NCBI GenBank assembly: GCA_035650735.1
Contig: DASRGZ010000056.1
Location: 62,001 to 106,056, forward strand
DNA: 44,056 nucleotides
Direction of reading: 5' to 3'
Origin: Chthonomonadaceae bacterium
Lineage (GTDB): Bacteria; Armatimonadota; Chthonomonadetes; Chthonomonadales; Chthonomonadaceae
The notes under the pieces are model-generated. The model saw only the letters and a program-made list of their open reading frames with translations, had not been told where the DNA came from and ran no database searches. Position 1 is the stretch's first letter; each line of letters starts with the position of its first letter. Shown here one piece after another: positions 35,980-44,056 of the stretch. The position numbers and the translations under genes are program-made.

Positions 35980-36465
35980 ATGAACTGGCATATCCGACGG
36001 ATGCGTAACCCGGACGTCGAAGAGATTATGCAGCTATCGCTATTGGCATGGGAACCAGTGTTTGCTTCCTTTGAGCAAATCTTAGGTTCGGAAATCTACC
36101 CAATCGTCTACCCGGATTGGAGGGGAAGCCAGCGAAAAGCCATCGAAGACGTCTGCCGTGAACCGGAGAATACCCTAGTCTGGGTTGCAGAACGAGAAGA
36201 GCAGGTCGTCGGTTTTGTGGCCTATGAACTAAACCATACCGAAGAGAAGGGGGAAGTACAATTGCTGGCCGTGCATCCGGATCACCAGAACCTAGGGATC
36301 GGCACCGCGTTGAGCGACTTCGCATTGCAAAAGATGATAGAAGCCGGCATGAAACTGGCAATCGTTCGCACGGGTGGAGACCCCTCCCATGCACCGGCTA
36401 GGCGAGCCTATGAGAAATCGGGGTATACCGGGATACCGTCCGTCATATACTTCAAGAAGCTATAA
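35980..36465 (+). CDS. GNAT family N-acetyltransferase
   Basis: LAVHPDHQNLGIGTAL (motif A), PARRAYEKSGY. Confidence 0.9.
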   Translation: MNWHIRRMRNPDVEEIMQLSLLAWEPVFASFEQILGSEIYPIVYPDWRGSQRKAIEDVCREPENTLVWVAEREEQVVGFVAYELNHTEEKGEVQLLAVHPDHQNLGIGTALSDFALQKMIEAGMKLAIVRTGGDPSHAPARRAYEKSGYTGIPSVIYFKKL

Positions 36466-36578
36466 ATCGGCTTACCGGATAGCTTATTCGGAAGCGCGTC
36501 GCTTGCCGTTGACACCTCGGCGTCGCCTCTCTATTGCCTTCCCCTGCCCTTCTGTCCAGCCCCCATACTGCCGGGCTT

Positions 36579-36890
36579 CTATCTACTCCCAAACACAGTC
36601 GTTGTGTTCAGGGCGTCCATCTTCAGCGCCATTTGCACATCCAGGGCCGTGATGCCGCCCGCGTCGTGGGTGCTCAAATCCACCGTCACCGTGTTATAGA
36701 CGTTGAACCATTCGGGGTGATGGTCCAGCTTCTCGGCCAGCAGCGCCACGCGCGACATGAAGCCCCATGCCTGCACGAAGTCGGCAAACCGAAAGCTTTT
36801 GTGCAGCTTGCCCTCTTTGAGCTCCCAGCCAGATAGTGTGCTCAGCGCCTCCCGCAACTGTTCGTCCGTGAGTTGGATACCGTGTGCCAT
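36579..36890 (-). CDS. phhB: Pterin-4-alpha-carbinolamine dehydratase
   Basis: [38 protein letters not shown] before ATG 36890. Confidence 0.92.
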   Translation of the reverse strand: MAHGIQLTDEQLREALSTLSGWELKEGKLHKSFRFADFVQAWGFMSRVALLAEKLDHHPEWFNVYNTVTVDLSTHDAGGITALDVQMALKMDALNTTTVFGSR

Positions 36891-37249
36891 CGGCCTTGCC
36901 TCCTCTTCTCCACCAGTGTTCTCCACTAGTGAGATAGCCCTGCCATCAAGCAGGATTGCCTCTCGCAGGCTCCTATAGAGCCTCCCCGGAATGCCGCTCT
37001 CACAACGGCTTCTCAAATGGCTACCGGAAAGGAGGGACAACCTCCGCCGCTATTGTACCATAACGCGTATTCGGTGAAGAAGTGGGAGCCACAAAAGCCG
37101 AGAGGCGTTGTCTCAGGGTGGTAGAGAGCAAAGGAGGATCAGGCGCGGCAAGTGAAATATGTATTTGCCGCGCCTGCATTGTAGAAATGAATCCAAGCTG
37201 CACAATCCTCGCTCGAATCTAAGCGTGAATGTGCAGCGTTAACGTTTAC

Positions 37250-37765
37250 TTAGGAGACGCCGACACCAGCGGGCGGCCGGGCTTCCTGGAGAGGCCGGGT
37301 GGCGGCAGGGGCGATCTGCGCCCAGACCTTATCGGCAGCCTGCCGCTCCTCCTGCATGAGCTGGTTCGCCAGGGAAACGGTCTCATTGTCCCCGATGGCC
37401 TGCGCGTAAGCCATCAGCGCCTGGTACATCGCCTGCTCGAAGTTCTCGATGGCGAAAGCCTTAACCAGATCCTGGGTGGTTCTATCTGCCTCACTGTGGA
37501 AGGTGTTGAGCATTTCGCTGATCTTGGCCATCAGGCTATTGAGCAGTCCCTTACTGCCGCTGGGCTCGGCGCCCAGGGCACGGATGCGCGCCTCCAGGCG
37601 CTCCTCCTGGTCGTGGGTCTCGCGGCTGTGCTGCTCGTAGAGCGCGCGCACAGCCGCATCATTGGTGTTATCGGCCATATCCTTGAGCGCGGAGACAAGA
37701 GATTTCTCCACCGCCCAGGCATCATCCAGATAGCGTATCAGTTTATCCCGCACGTCTTCTGCCAT
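37250..37765 (-). CDS. Ferritin-like DUF892 (YciE/YciF-like) protein
   Basis: LDDAWAVE, HSRETHDQEERLE, AIENFEQAMY, QEERQAA; AAGGAG RBS before ATG 37765. Confidence 0.85.
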   Translation of the reverse strand: MAEDVRDKLIRYLDDAWAVEKSLVSALKDMADNTNDAAVRALYEQHSRETHDQEERLEARIRALGAEPSGSKGLLNSLMAKISEMLNTFHSEADRTTQDLVKAFAIENFEQAMYQALMAYAQAIGDNETVSLANQLMQEERQAADKVWAQIAPAATRPLQEARPPAGVGVS

Positions 37766-37954
37766 GGGAAGTCTCCTTTCCGTCCTGGGGATTGGTTTTG
37801 GCGGCTTGCCGTACCCGCCATTAGCGCGGGTTTGGGCCTCTAGAACGCCCATTCAGACGGCAAAAGGCGATCCTGGGGCCTAAGCTCTTTGTTGGGTTTT
37901 CGTCTCCCCTTTTCGGGGAAGGCGGCCTTTTCGGGAAAGACTCCATTCGCAGGG

Positions 37955-38048
37955 CGCGAGGAACCAATGCATCCCGTGCCTGACTCGTGATTCGTGGCTC
38001 ATGCCTCGTGGCTCGGGGGCGAGGAACCAATGCGTCCCGTACCCCGTC
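37955..38048 (+). promoter_or_regulatory. Duplicated ~26-bp repeat carrying a GGAAC-N17-CGTC ECF-type promoter (second copy intact)
   Basis: GCGAGGAACCAATGC(A/G)TCCCGT(G/A)CC twice; second copy has GGAAC 38023-38027 and CGTC 38045-38048, upstream of the L,D-transpeptidase. Confidence 0.55.
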
Positions 38049-38106
38049 TTCTCTTGGAACCGTACCGATCTCATCGCCTGTGGAGAGGGAAGGAGGATAG
38101 AGGAGA

Positions 38107-39126
38107 GTGTTAAATTCACTGGCGCTCCCGCTTTTGCTGACCATCGCGTGCCAGGGAGGACAGAGCGCGCCAAGCGCGCCGAATCAGGCGGCGAAGCCGC
38201 CGTTGCCGGCTTCCCGGACGCAGCCGCTTCCGCCCGTGATTGGCGCGGAGGCGTGGTATACGGTTCAGCCTGGAGATACGCTGCTGCGCATTGCCCGCCG
38301 TTACGGAACGGATCGACTGACCCTGGCACAGCTTAACCATCTGACCAGGCAGCGGCCCCGGCCAGGCACCCGGCTGCTGCTGCCCACCCGCTTTATCCTG
38401 CCGGCTCAGCCGCAAGAGGGCTGCGTCCTGAATATTCCCGAACGCGGCGTTTATGTATTCCGTCACGGGCAGTTCCTGGCGCGCTATCCTACCGCCGTCG
38501 GGCGTCCCTCCTGGCCCACTCCCACCGGCACGTTCAAGGTGGAGTGCAAGATCCAGGATCCAATCTTTGAGGCCCCGGAAGCGATGGTACGCAGGGAAGG
38601 CGCTCGGCGGACGCTGATTCCGCCCGGTCCGCGTAACCCGCTGGGGGATCGGTGGATGGGCTGGAGCGGCTGCCAGGTTGGATTTCACAGCACCCCGACG
38701 CTCACCAGCATCGGCAGGGCGGCCTCGCACGGCTGCGTGCGCCTCTATCCCGAGGCGGGACACCGGATGTTTGGGCAAGTTCGGGTCGGCATGCCGATCT
38801 ACTCGCTCTATCAGCCGGTCAAGATAGGCCAGGAGGGCAACCGGTACTACCTGAGCGTCTCCCCGGACATCTACCATCGGGGGCTGGCCTCGTTGGCATA
38901 CGTAGAGCAGAGACTGAAGAAGCTGGGCTTGCTGCCCATAGTCGATCTGGAGAAAGTGCGGGAGGTGGTGGCCCTGCAGGACGGATACCCCCATTGCATT
39001 GGGGAGGCCCCCAAGCCGACAGAACAAGAGGCGCCCGCGCCCACTTCCTCGCAGCCCGAGCCCAACCCCGATGCCCCGCCCGCAGAGCCTGAACCGGAAG
39101 GAGATAACGATGCCACGTCAAGATAA
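38107..39126 (+). CDS. LysM-containing L,D-transpeptidase (YkuD family), probable lipoprotein
   Basis: Lipobox-like LLTIA|C; LysM YTVQPGDTLLRIARRYG; YPTAVG, TPTG, NPLG, GFH...ASHGCVRL; GGAG RBS before GTG. Confidence 0.92.
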   Translation: MLNSLALPLLLTIACQGGQSAPSAPNQAAKPPLPASRTQPLPPVIGAEAWYTVQPGDTLLRIARRYGTDRLTLAQLNHLTRQRPRPGTRLLLPTRFILPAQPQEGCVLNIPERGVYVFRHGQFLARYPTAVGRPSWPTPTGTFKVECKIQDPIFEAPEAMVRREGARRTLIPPGPRNPLGDRWMGWSGCQVGFHSTPTLTSIGRAASHGCVRLYPEAGHRMFGQVRVGMPIYSLYQPVKIGQEGNRYYLSVSPDIYHRGLASLAYVEQRLKKLGLLPIVDLEKVREVVALQDGYPHCIGEAPKPTEQEAPAPTSSQPEPNPDAPPAEPEPEGDNDATSR

Positions 39127-39565
39127 ACAAGATAAACAGGTGGATACAGGTGGACAGGGCACCCTGGATACCGGCAGCGCGCTGCGCAACACCACCGCCG
39201 CGGTAGATGAAGACGATCTCGTGGAGGGATCGCCCGAGATGGTCAATGAGGATCTCCATGATGTTCTGCAAGCCGGCGTGGCCGCCGATATCTACACGGC
39301 GGCGGGAGCGGATACCCTCGGTGGGCCGGAAGCCGACGCCGTTCCGGAGCCCGTTGGCAAAACCAGGCGGCATACGCGCGTCACGGAAGCGGGCGGAATC
39401 GCCGTCACCGGCGTCAGCGGCGATATCAATGGCGTAGGCAACCCCCATCCGCCAGCCTCCAAGAGAGATGTCGGTAAGCCAGGCGTGAGCCCCGAAGAGC
39501 CATTCAACACGGGCACCGTTGACGGATCGGGCGAGGGCAGCATGGCCTCGGATATCCGGGCTTAA
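39110..39565 (+). CDS. Acidic, Gly/Thr/Asp-rich hypothetical protein (151 aa)
   Basis: AAGGAG RBS before ATG 39110, overlapping the upstream stop; hydrophilic, no TM segment. Confidence 0.7.
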   Translation: MPRQDKQDKQVDTGGQGTLDTGSALRNTTAAVDEDDLVEGSPEMVNEDLHDVLQAGVAADIYTAAGADTLGGPEADAVPEPVGKTRRHTRVTEAGGIAVTGVSGDINGVGNPHPPASKRDVGKPGVSPEEPFNTGTVDGSGEGSMASDIRA

Positions 39566-39686
39566 GGCTGCCGATGGCACGGCCTGCATCTTCTCATGAT
39601 TCCGTCCGCCTAAAGGTGAAGCCGAAAAGCCGCCTGCCGATGGGGGACATCGGCAGGGCCGTAGGTTATACTTGGGCTCCCAGGAC

Positions 39687-39743
39687 AAAATGCTGCCTCT
39701 CTCCAAGCGCTCTACGGCGCAGCTGGGAGAGGCAGCATTTTTT
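39687..39743 (+). terminator. Intrinsic terminator, possibly bidirectional
   Basis: AAAATGCTGCCTCTC ... GAGAGGCAGCATTTTTT. Confidence 0.7.
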
Positions 39744-39824
39744 ATAGAAGACTATACTCCTCCTCAGCGTCCCATAGTTTCGGCTTTCCGTCCTGGCCTG
39801 CCCTCTGGCAAGCTACCACTTTTG

Positions 39825-39850
39825 GGAACAAGGTGCACCAATTGCCCGTC
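39825..39850 (+). promoter_or_regulatory. Candidate ECF sigma promoter GGAAC-N17-CGTC upstream of the SGNH hydrolase
   Basis: GGAACaaggtgcaccaattgccCGTC, located after a terminator and oriented toward the gene. Confidence 0.5.
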
Positions 39851-40074
39851 TGTGGGATAACTTACCTCCATGAGTTCCTTACTTTAGGCGCAGAATAGAG
39901 GGCCTCCACCGTTCTGCGCCCTTTTTGTCTGAGCTATCTGCCGAATGTAGATGCCATCCCCCGCGGCCGAGAGCGGGAGGGGCCTGCCGTTTTGTCATCC
40001 AGGCAGGAAAGTATCGGGCCTCCCGCCGAATTGTCGGCCAGAACCAACATTTCTCGGAAGGGAGAGGCATCGGC

Positions 40075-40845
40075 ATGCGGTTTCTGGTTTGTCTCCTGCT
40101 GCTCGTGGCCCTGTGCGCGCCCTGCGTGGCGCAGGCGCCGGAAGTGCCCCCGGCGCTCAAAGGCGTGCATCGGATCGTCTGCCTGGGGGATAGCATCACG
40201 GAGCAGGGCGAGATGCCGGGCGGCTATGTCTGGCTGCTGCGCCACTATCTGGCCGTCATCTATCCGCAGCGGCCCATCGAAGTGATCAACGCGGGCATTT
40301 CCGGCCACCGCTCCAACGATATGCTGGCGCGTTTTCAGCGCGACGTGCTGGACAAAAAGCCCGACCTCGTGACCATCAGCGTCGGCGTTAACGATGTCTG
40401 GCACGGCTTCTTCGACAACCACCCGCTCGGCGACGGGCCGCGCGGCATCCCGCTCGACGCCTACCGCAGCAACGTCGAAGCGATGGTGACGCAGGCGGAG
40501 AAGGCGGGCGCGCGAGTCGTCCTGCTCTCCACGACCGTCATTCACGAAGACCTTCACAACCGCGAGAACGCCAAGCTCGTCGGCTACAACGCGGCCTTGC
40601 AGGAGATCGCCCGCTCCCACAACGCCCTGTTCGTGGATTACCAGCGTCCCTTTCGCGCCCTGATCACGGTCTATCGTAACAGGACCGGCGGGCGAGACAA
40701 CCTGCTGACCTACGACGGCGTTCATATGAACGTCGCGGGCAATCGCGTCATGGCGAATACACTGCTATCCGGCCTGGGCGTTTCTTCGGAGGCGCGCGCC
40801 GCCGTCCAGGCAAAGATCGAGGCCGATCTGCGCGCCCATCAGTAA
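40075..40845 (+). CDS. Secreted SGNH/GDSL hydrolase
   Basis: Signal peptide MRFLVCLLLLVALCAPCVA; GDSIT, NAGISG, GVND, DGVH. Confidence 0.92.
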   Translation: MRFLVCLLLLVALCAPCVAQAPEVPPALKGVHRIVCLGDSITEQGEMPGGYVWLLRHYLAVIYPQRPIEVINAGISGHRSNDMLARFQRDVLDKKPDLVTISVGVNDVWHGFFDNHPLGDGPRGIPLDAYRSNVEAMVTQAEKAGARVVLLSTTVIHEDLHNRENAKLVGYNAALQEIARSHNALFVDYQRPFRALITVYRNRTGGRDNLLTYDGVHMNVAGNRVMANTLLSGLGVSSEARAAVQAKIEADLRAHQ

Positions 40846-40942
40846 GGCTCTGCCGTTCGATCTCCGCATGAGGATTTGCTAATGCGGGCGAGCAGGAGTT
40901 AAGGCAGAGACGCAAGGTATAATGGAGGCGGAGGGAAACGTT

Positions 40943-42646
40943 ATGCGTTCTGATGTGATCAAGCGGGGCATTGATCGCGCCCCACACCGTTCGCTGCTGC
41001 GCGCGGCGGGCGTCAAAGATACCGACATGGGCAAGCCCTTCATCGGCGTATGCAACTCTTTTGTGGAGATCATTCCCGGCCACGTCCATCTTAATAAGGT
41101 CGGCGAGATCGTCAAGGAGGCGATCCGGGAGGCGGGAGGCGTGCCGTTCGAGTTTAACACCATCGGCGTAGACGACGGCATTGCGATGGGGCACGATGGC
41201 ATGAAGTACAGCCTGCCCTCCCGCGAGATCATTGCCGATAGCGTGGAGACGATGGCGCGCGCCCACTGCTTTGACGGCCTGGTCTGCATCCCCAATTGCG
41301 ACAAGATCGTGCCGGGCATGATGATGGGCGCCATGCGCGTCAACATCCCGACCATTTTCGTCTCCGGCGGGCCGATGGCGGCGGGCAAGGCCAGCGACGG
41401 CAAGGCGATGAGCCTGGTCACCGTCTTTGAGGGCGTCGGCGCGCTGCGGGCGGGCCGCATCTCCCAGGAGAAGCTGACCGAGATCGAGACCTTCGCCTGC
41501 CCGACCTGCGGCTCCTGCTCCGGCATGTTCACCGCCAACAGCATGAACTGCCTCAACGAAGCCCTCGGCCTGGCGCTGCCCGGCAACGGGACCATCCTGG
41601 CCGGCACACGTGAGAACTTCAACCCGGAGCGGGTCGCCCTCTTCAAGCGCGCCGCCGCCCAGATCATGGAACTGATCCGCCTGGACCTGAAGCCGCGCGA
41701 CATCGTCACCCGCGAAAGCCTCGACAACGCCCTGATCCTGGACATGGCGATGGGCGGCTCGACCAATACGGTGCTGCACACGCTGGCCGTCGCCTACGAG
41801 GCGGGCGTGGCGTACGACCTGGGACGCATCAACGCGCTTTCGGCGCGCGTGCCCAACATCTGCAAGGTCGCGCCGAGCAAGGCCGATCCCGCGACTGGCC
41901 TGGAATATCACATGGAGGACGTCCACAACGCGGGCGGCATCTCTGCCATCCTCAAGGAGATCGCGCGCGTTCCGGGCTTGCTGAACCTGGACTGCCCCAC
42001 CGTGACCGGTAAGACGCTGGGGGAGAACATCGCCGACGCCCAGATTCGCGATCCGAAGGTGATCCGTCCGCTGGAGAACGCCTACTCGCAGACGGGCGGC
42101 CTGGCGATCCTGTTCGGCAACCTGGCCCCGGAGGGCGCGGTCATCAAGACGGCGGGCGTGGACCCGAAGATGCTGGTCTTCCAGGGCGAGGCGATCTGCT
42201 TTGACAGCCAGGACGAGGCCGTTGAGGGCATTGAGGGCGGCAAGGTCAAGCCGGGCCACGTCGTCGTCATCCGCTACGAGGGGCCGAAGGGCGGGCCGGG
42301 CATGCAGGAGATGCTGGCCCCCACGAGCCTGATCTCGGGCATGGGCCTGGGCGATAAGGTCGCGCTGATCACGGATGGCCGCTTCAGCGGCGCGACGCGC
42401 GGCGGCTCCATCGGCCACGTCAGCCCGGAGGCGGCGGAGGGCGGGCCGATTGCGCTGGTCGAGGACGGGGATACCATCGCCATTGACATCCCCAACCGCC
42501 GCCTCGATCTGCTGGTGCAGCCGGCGGAGCTGGAGCGCCGGCGCGCCGCCTGGACTCCGCCCGCGCCGCGCCTCAATTTCGGCTGGCTGGGCCGCTATCA
42601 GAAGATGGTGACGAGCGGCAGCCAGGGCGCTGTGCTCAAAGGTTAA
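40943..42646 (+). CDS. ilvD: Dihydroxy-acid dehydratase
   Basis: [69 protein letters not shown] at 40918-40923. Confidence 0.97.
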   Translation: MRSDVIKRGIDRAPHRSLLRAAGVKDTDMGKPFIGVCNSFVEIIPGHVHLNKVGEIVKEAIREAGGVPFEFNTIGVDDGIAMGHDGMKYSLPSREIIADSVETMARAHCFDGLVCIPNCDKIVPGMMMGAMRVNIPTIFVSGGPMAAGKASDGKAMSLVTVFEGVGALRAGRISQEKLTEIETFACPTCGSCSGMFTANSMNCLNEALGLALPGNGTILAGTRENFNPERVALFKRAAAQIMELIRLDLKPRDIVTRESLDNALILDMAMGGSTNTVLHTLAVAYEAGVAYDLGRINALSARVPNICKVAPSKADPATGLEYHMEDVHNAGGISAILKEIARVPGLLNLDCPTVTGKTLGENIADAQIRDPKVIRPLENAYSQTGGLAILFGNLAPEGAVIKTAGVDPKMLVFQGEAICFDSQDEAVEGIEGGKVKPGHVVVIRYEGPKGGPGMQEMLAPTSLISGMGLGDKVALITDGRFSGATRGGSIGHVSPEAAEGGPIALVEDGDTIAIDIPNRRLDLLVQPAELERRRAAWTPPAPRLNFGWLGRYQKMVTSGSQGAVLKG

Positions 42647-42723
42647 GCAGAGGAACCCGTTCCCCATCGTCCTCTCGCTGTGCCGGGTACAGAACGTACT
42701 TGTCTCGGTAGCCTGCTTCTTCT

Positions 42724-42873
42724 GCCGGGCATTGAAAATACCCGGCTGGAGGGCGGCATTGCCGCCAAGCGTCCTTCGGACGCCCTGTTAAGGAAGGTTA
42801 TCGCCTCTCTAGGAAGGCATCTACCTGCCGAAAGGAAGCTTTTCCGTCCGCAAGGACGGTTGGCCGTAGGCCA
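42724..42873 (+). ncRNA. Candidate structured RNA or cis-regulatory leader (unassigned)
   Basis: Consecutive hairpins: CCGGG..CCCGG, GGCGGC-att-GCCGCC, GCGTCC-ttc-GGACGC, AGGT..ACCT with GCCT..AGGC, CCGTCC-gcaa-GGACGG, GGCC-gta-GGCC; ends in a terminator. Confidence 0.35.
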
Positions 42874-42876
42874 CAT

Positions 42877-42907
42877 AGACGGGTACTTTTAGTGCCCGTC
42901 TTTTTTA
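42877..42907 (+). terminator. Intrinsic terminator
   Basis: AGACGGGTAC-tttta-GTGCCCGTCT followed by a T run. Confidence 0.75.
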
Positions 42908-43049
42908 TTTTGCCTGCCGACAAACTCTTTTGCCTACGGCGTGAACCTTTTGCCCGGACTCGATACCCAATGTTAGTGACAGGCACAAATTCAGTCTATC
43001 AAGCCCTGGCTGTAGCATAGTGGCTGCGAGACGGCGAGAGAACACTTCG

Positions 43050-43643
43050 ATGCGCAACGACAAGCGCCTGGCAGAACGTATCCGGGACGGCGATACGCGG
43101 GCCTTTGAGGAGTTTGTAGACATCTACGGGGCGCGCGTGCAGCGTCTTGTCCGGCAATTTGTCGCTAATTCTACGGATGCGCAGGACGTGATTCAGGATA
43201 TTTTTGTGGACCTCTATCGCAGTATCGGCGCCTTCCGGGGCGATTCGGCGCTGGCGACCTGGGTGTACCGCGTCGCCGTCAACCACTGCCTGAAATACTG
43301 CAAGCGTTCCCGGCAAGAGATTATCCCCTATGACGAGCAGACCGCCTGCGCGTCGGCGGATTGGCGGGCCGACCCAATGCAAGCGGTGGAGAAGTGCGAG
43401 CTTTCCGATCGGGTGCGGCGGGCCTTGAACGAGCTCCCGCCCTATCATCATGACGTGGTGGTGCTGTGCGAGATGCTGGGGCTGACCTATCAGGAGTGCG
43501 CGGAGGTGCTGGAGATACCGGTGGGAACGGTCAAGTCGCGGCTGTCTACTGCGTTCCGCCGTCTGCGCGACCGTCTGGGCGACTATGTGCTGGGCAACGG
43601 CAGCGCGCGGCTGCCCGACAGGGCCAGGGAGAGACCGCTATGA
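43050..43643 (+). CDS. ECF RNA polymerase sigma-70 factor
   Basis: GDTRAFEEFV, DAQDVIQDIF, FRGDSALATWVYRVAVN, GLTYQECAEVLEIPVGTVKSRL. Start 43050 (ATG) or 43020 (GTG). Confidence 0.93.
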   Translation: MRNDKRLAERIRDGDTRAFEEFVDIYGARVQRLVRQFVANSTDAQDVIQDIFVDLYRSIGAFRGDSALATWVYRVAVNHCLKYCKRSRQEIIPYDEQTACASADWRADPMQAVEKCELSDRVRRALNELPPYHHDVVVLCEMLGLTYQECAEVLEIPVGTVKSRLSTAFRRLRDRLGDYVLGNGSARLPDRARERPL

Positions 43644-43903
43644 GCAACTGTGAAACGATACGAGACGATTTGAAAGCGTATGTAGACGGCCAACTGTCGC
43701 TCCTGCGGAAATCGGAAGTGGCCCTGCACCTGGCAAGGTGCGCGGGCTGCCGACGGGAGGCCGAGGCGATGCGGCGCATCGGCGATCAACTGCGCGCGCT
43801 CGACCTGGAAGCGCTGGATAGTGAACTGCGCGCCCGAATCCTGGAACGGACGGCCAGGGAAGCGGAAGAGGAGACCGAAGTTCTGCCGGGACGACGGGGT
43901 TAG
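43640..43903 (+). CDS. Short soluble zinc-binding anti-sigma factor (zf-HC2/ZAS, 87 aa)
   Basis: MSNCETIRDDLKAYVDGQL...HLARCAGC (HxxxCxxC); ATGA overlap with the sigma gene; no TM segment. Confidence 0.88.
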   Translation: MSNCETIRDDLKAYVDGQLSLLRKSEVALHLARCAGCRREAEAMRRIGDQLRALDLEALDSELRARILERTAREAEEETEVLPGRRG

Positions 43904-43921
43904 GTAAAAGGAGAAACAACC

Positions 43922-44056
43922 ATGTGGCAGCGATTTACCGAGCGGGCAAGGCGCGTTGTGTTCTTCGCTCAGGAAGAGGCCGGACGTCTCGGCGAGAACT
44001 ATGTTTCCACCGAACACCTGCTGCTGGGCCTGGTGCGCGAGAACGATAGTGTGGCC
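43922..44056 (+). CDS. Clp protease N-terminal domain protein (ClpC-like), partial
   Basis: [49 protein letters not shown]; runs off the window. Confidence 0.85.
   Translation, partial: MWQRFTERARRVVFFAQEEAGRLGENYVSTEHLLLGLVRENDSVA

Overview
GC-rich bacterial window, most consistent with Armatimonadota/Chthonomonadales. This is inferred from DUF1559/H-X9-DG-type prepilins and the Clp-N style, not from a database search. Bases 1-29137 (minus strand) hold one type IV pilus/T2SS-like cluster in this order: pilB, pilT, pilC, pilD, two paralogous ~265-305 aa pilins, three giant minor pilins (PilV-like ~648 aa, PilW-like ~736 aa, PilX-like 1078 aa), then two huge Sec-secreted beta-propeller proteins (1649 aa and >2493 aa). 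The second of these is missing from the ORF track because it runs off the window edge. Four of the five giant proteins share a recurring 'aromatic-x-V/I-D-xxx-G-x-hydrophobic-x-F' motif, and three carry Dx[DN]xDG-like loops, suggesting a very large pilus tip/adhesin complex of >6,600 aa. Upstream lies the housekeeping run ruvX-mltG-yqeG-aroE, followed by accessory genes: MFS, HEAT-repeat, a frameshifted prepilin, GNAT, pterin carbinolamine dehydratase, DUF892 ferritin-like, LysM L,D-transpeptidase and SGNH hydrolase. The window ends with ilvD and an ECF sigma / zinc anti-sigma / Clp-N operon. Non-coding signals include a recurring GGAAC-N17/18-CGTC ECF-type promoter in front of five transcription units, a consensus sigma70 promoter with a rod-like 5' leader before pilB, a hairpin-rich candidate ncRNA after ilvD, a MITE-like element and nested REP-like dispersed repeats. 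No CRISPR array, tRNA or rRNA was seen.
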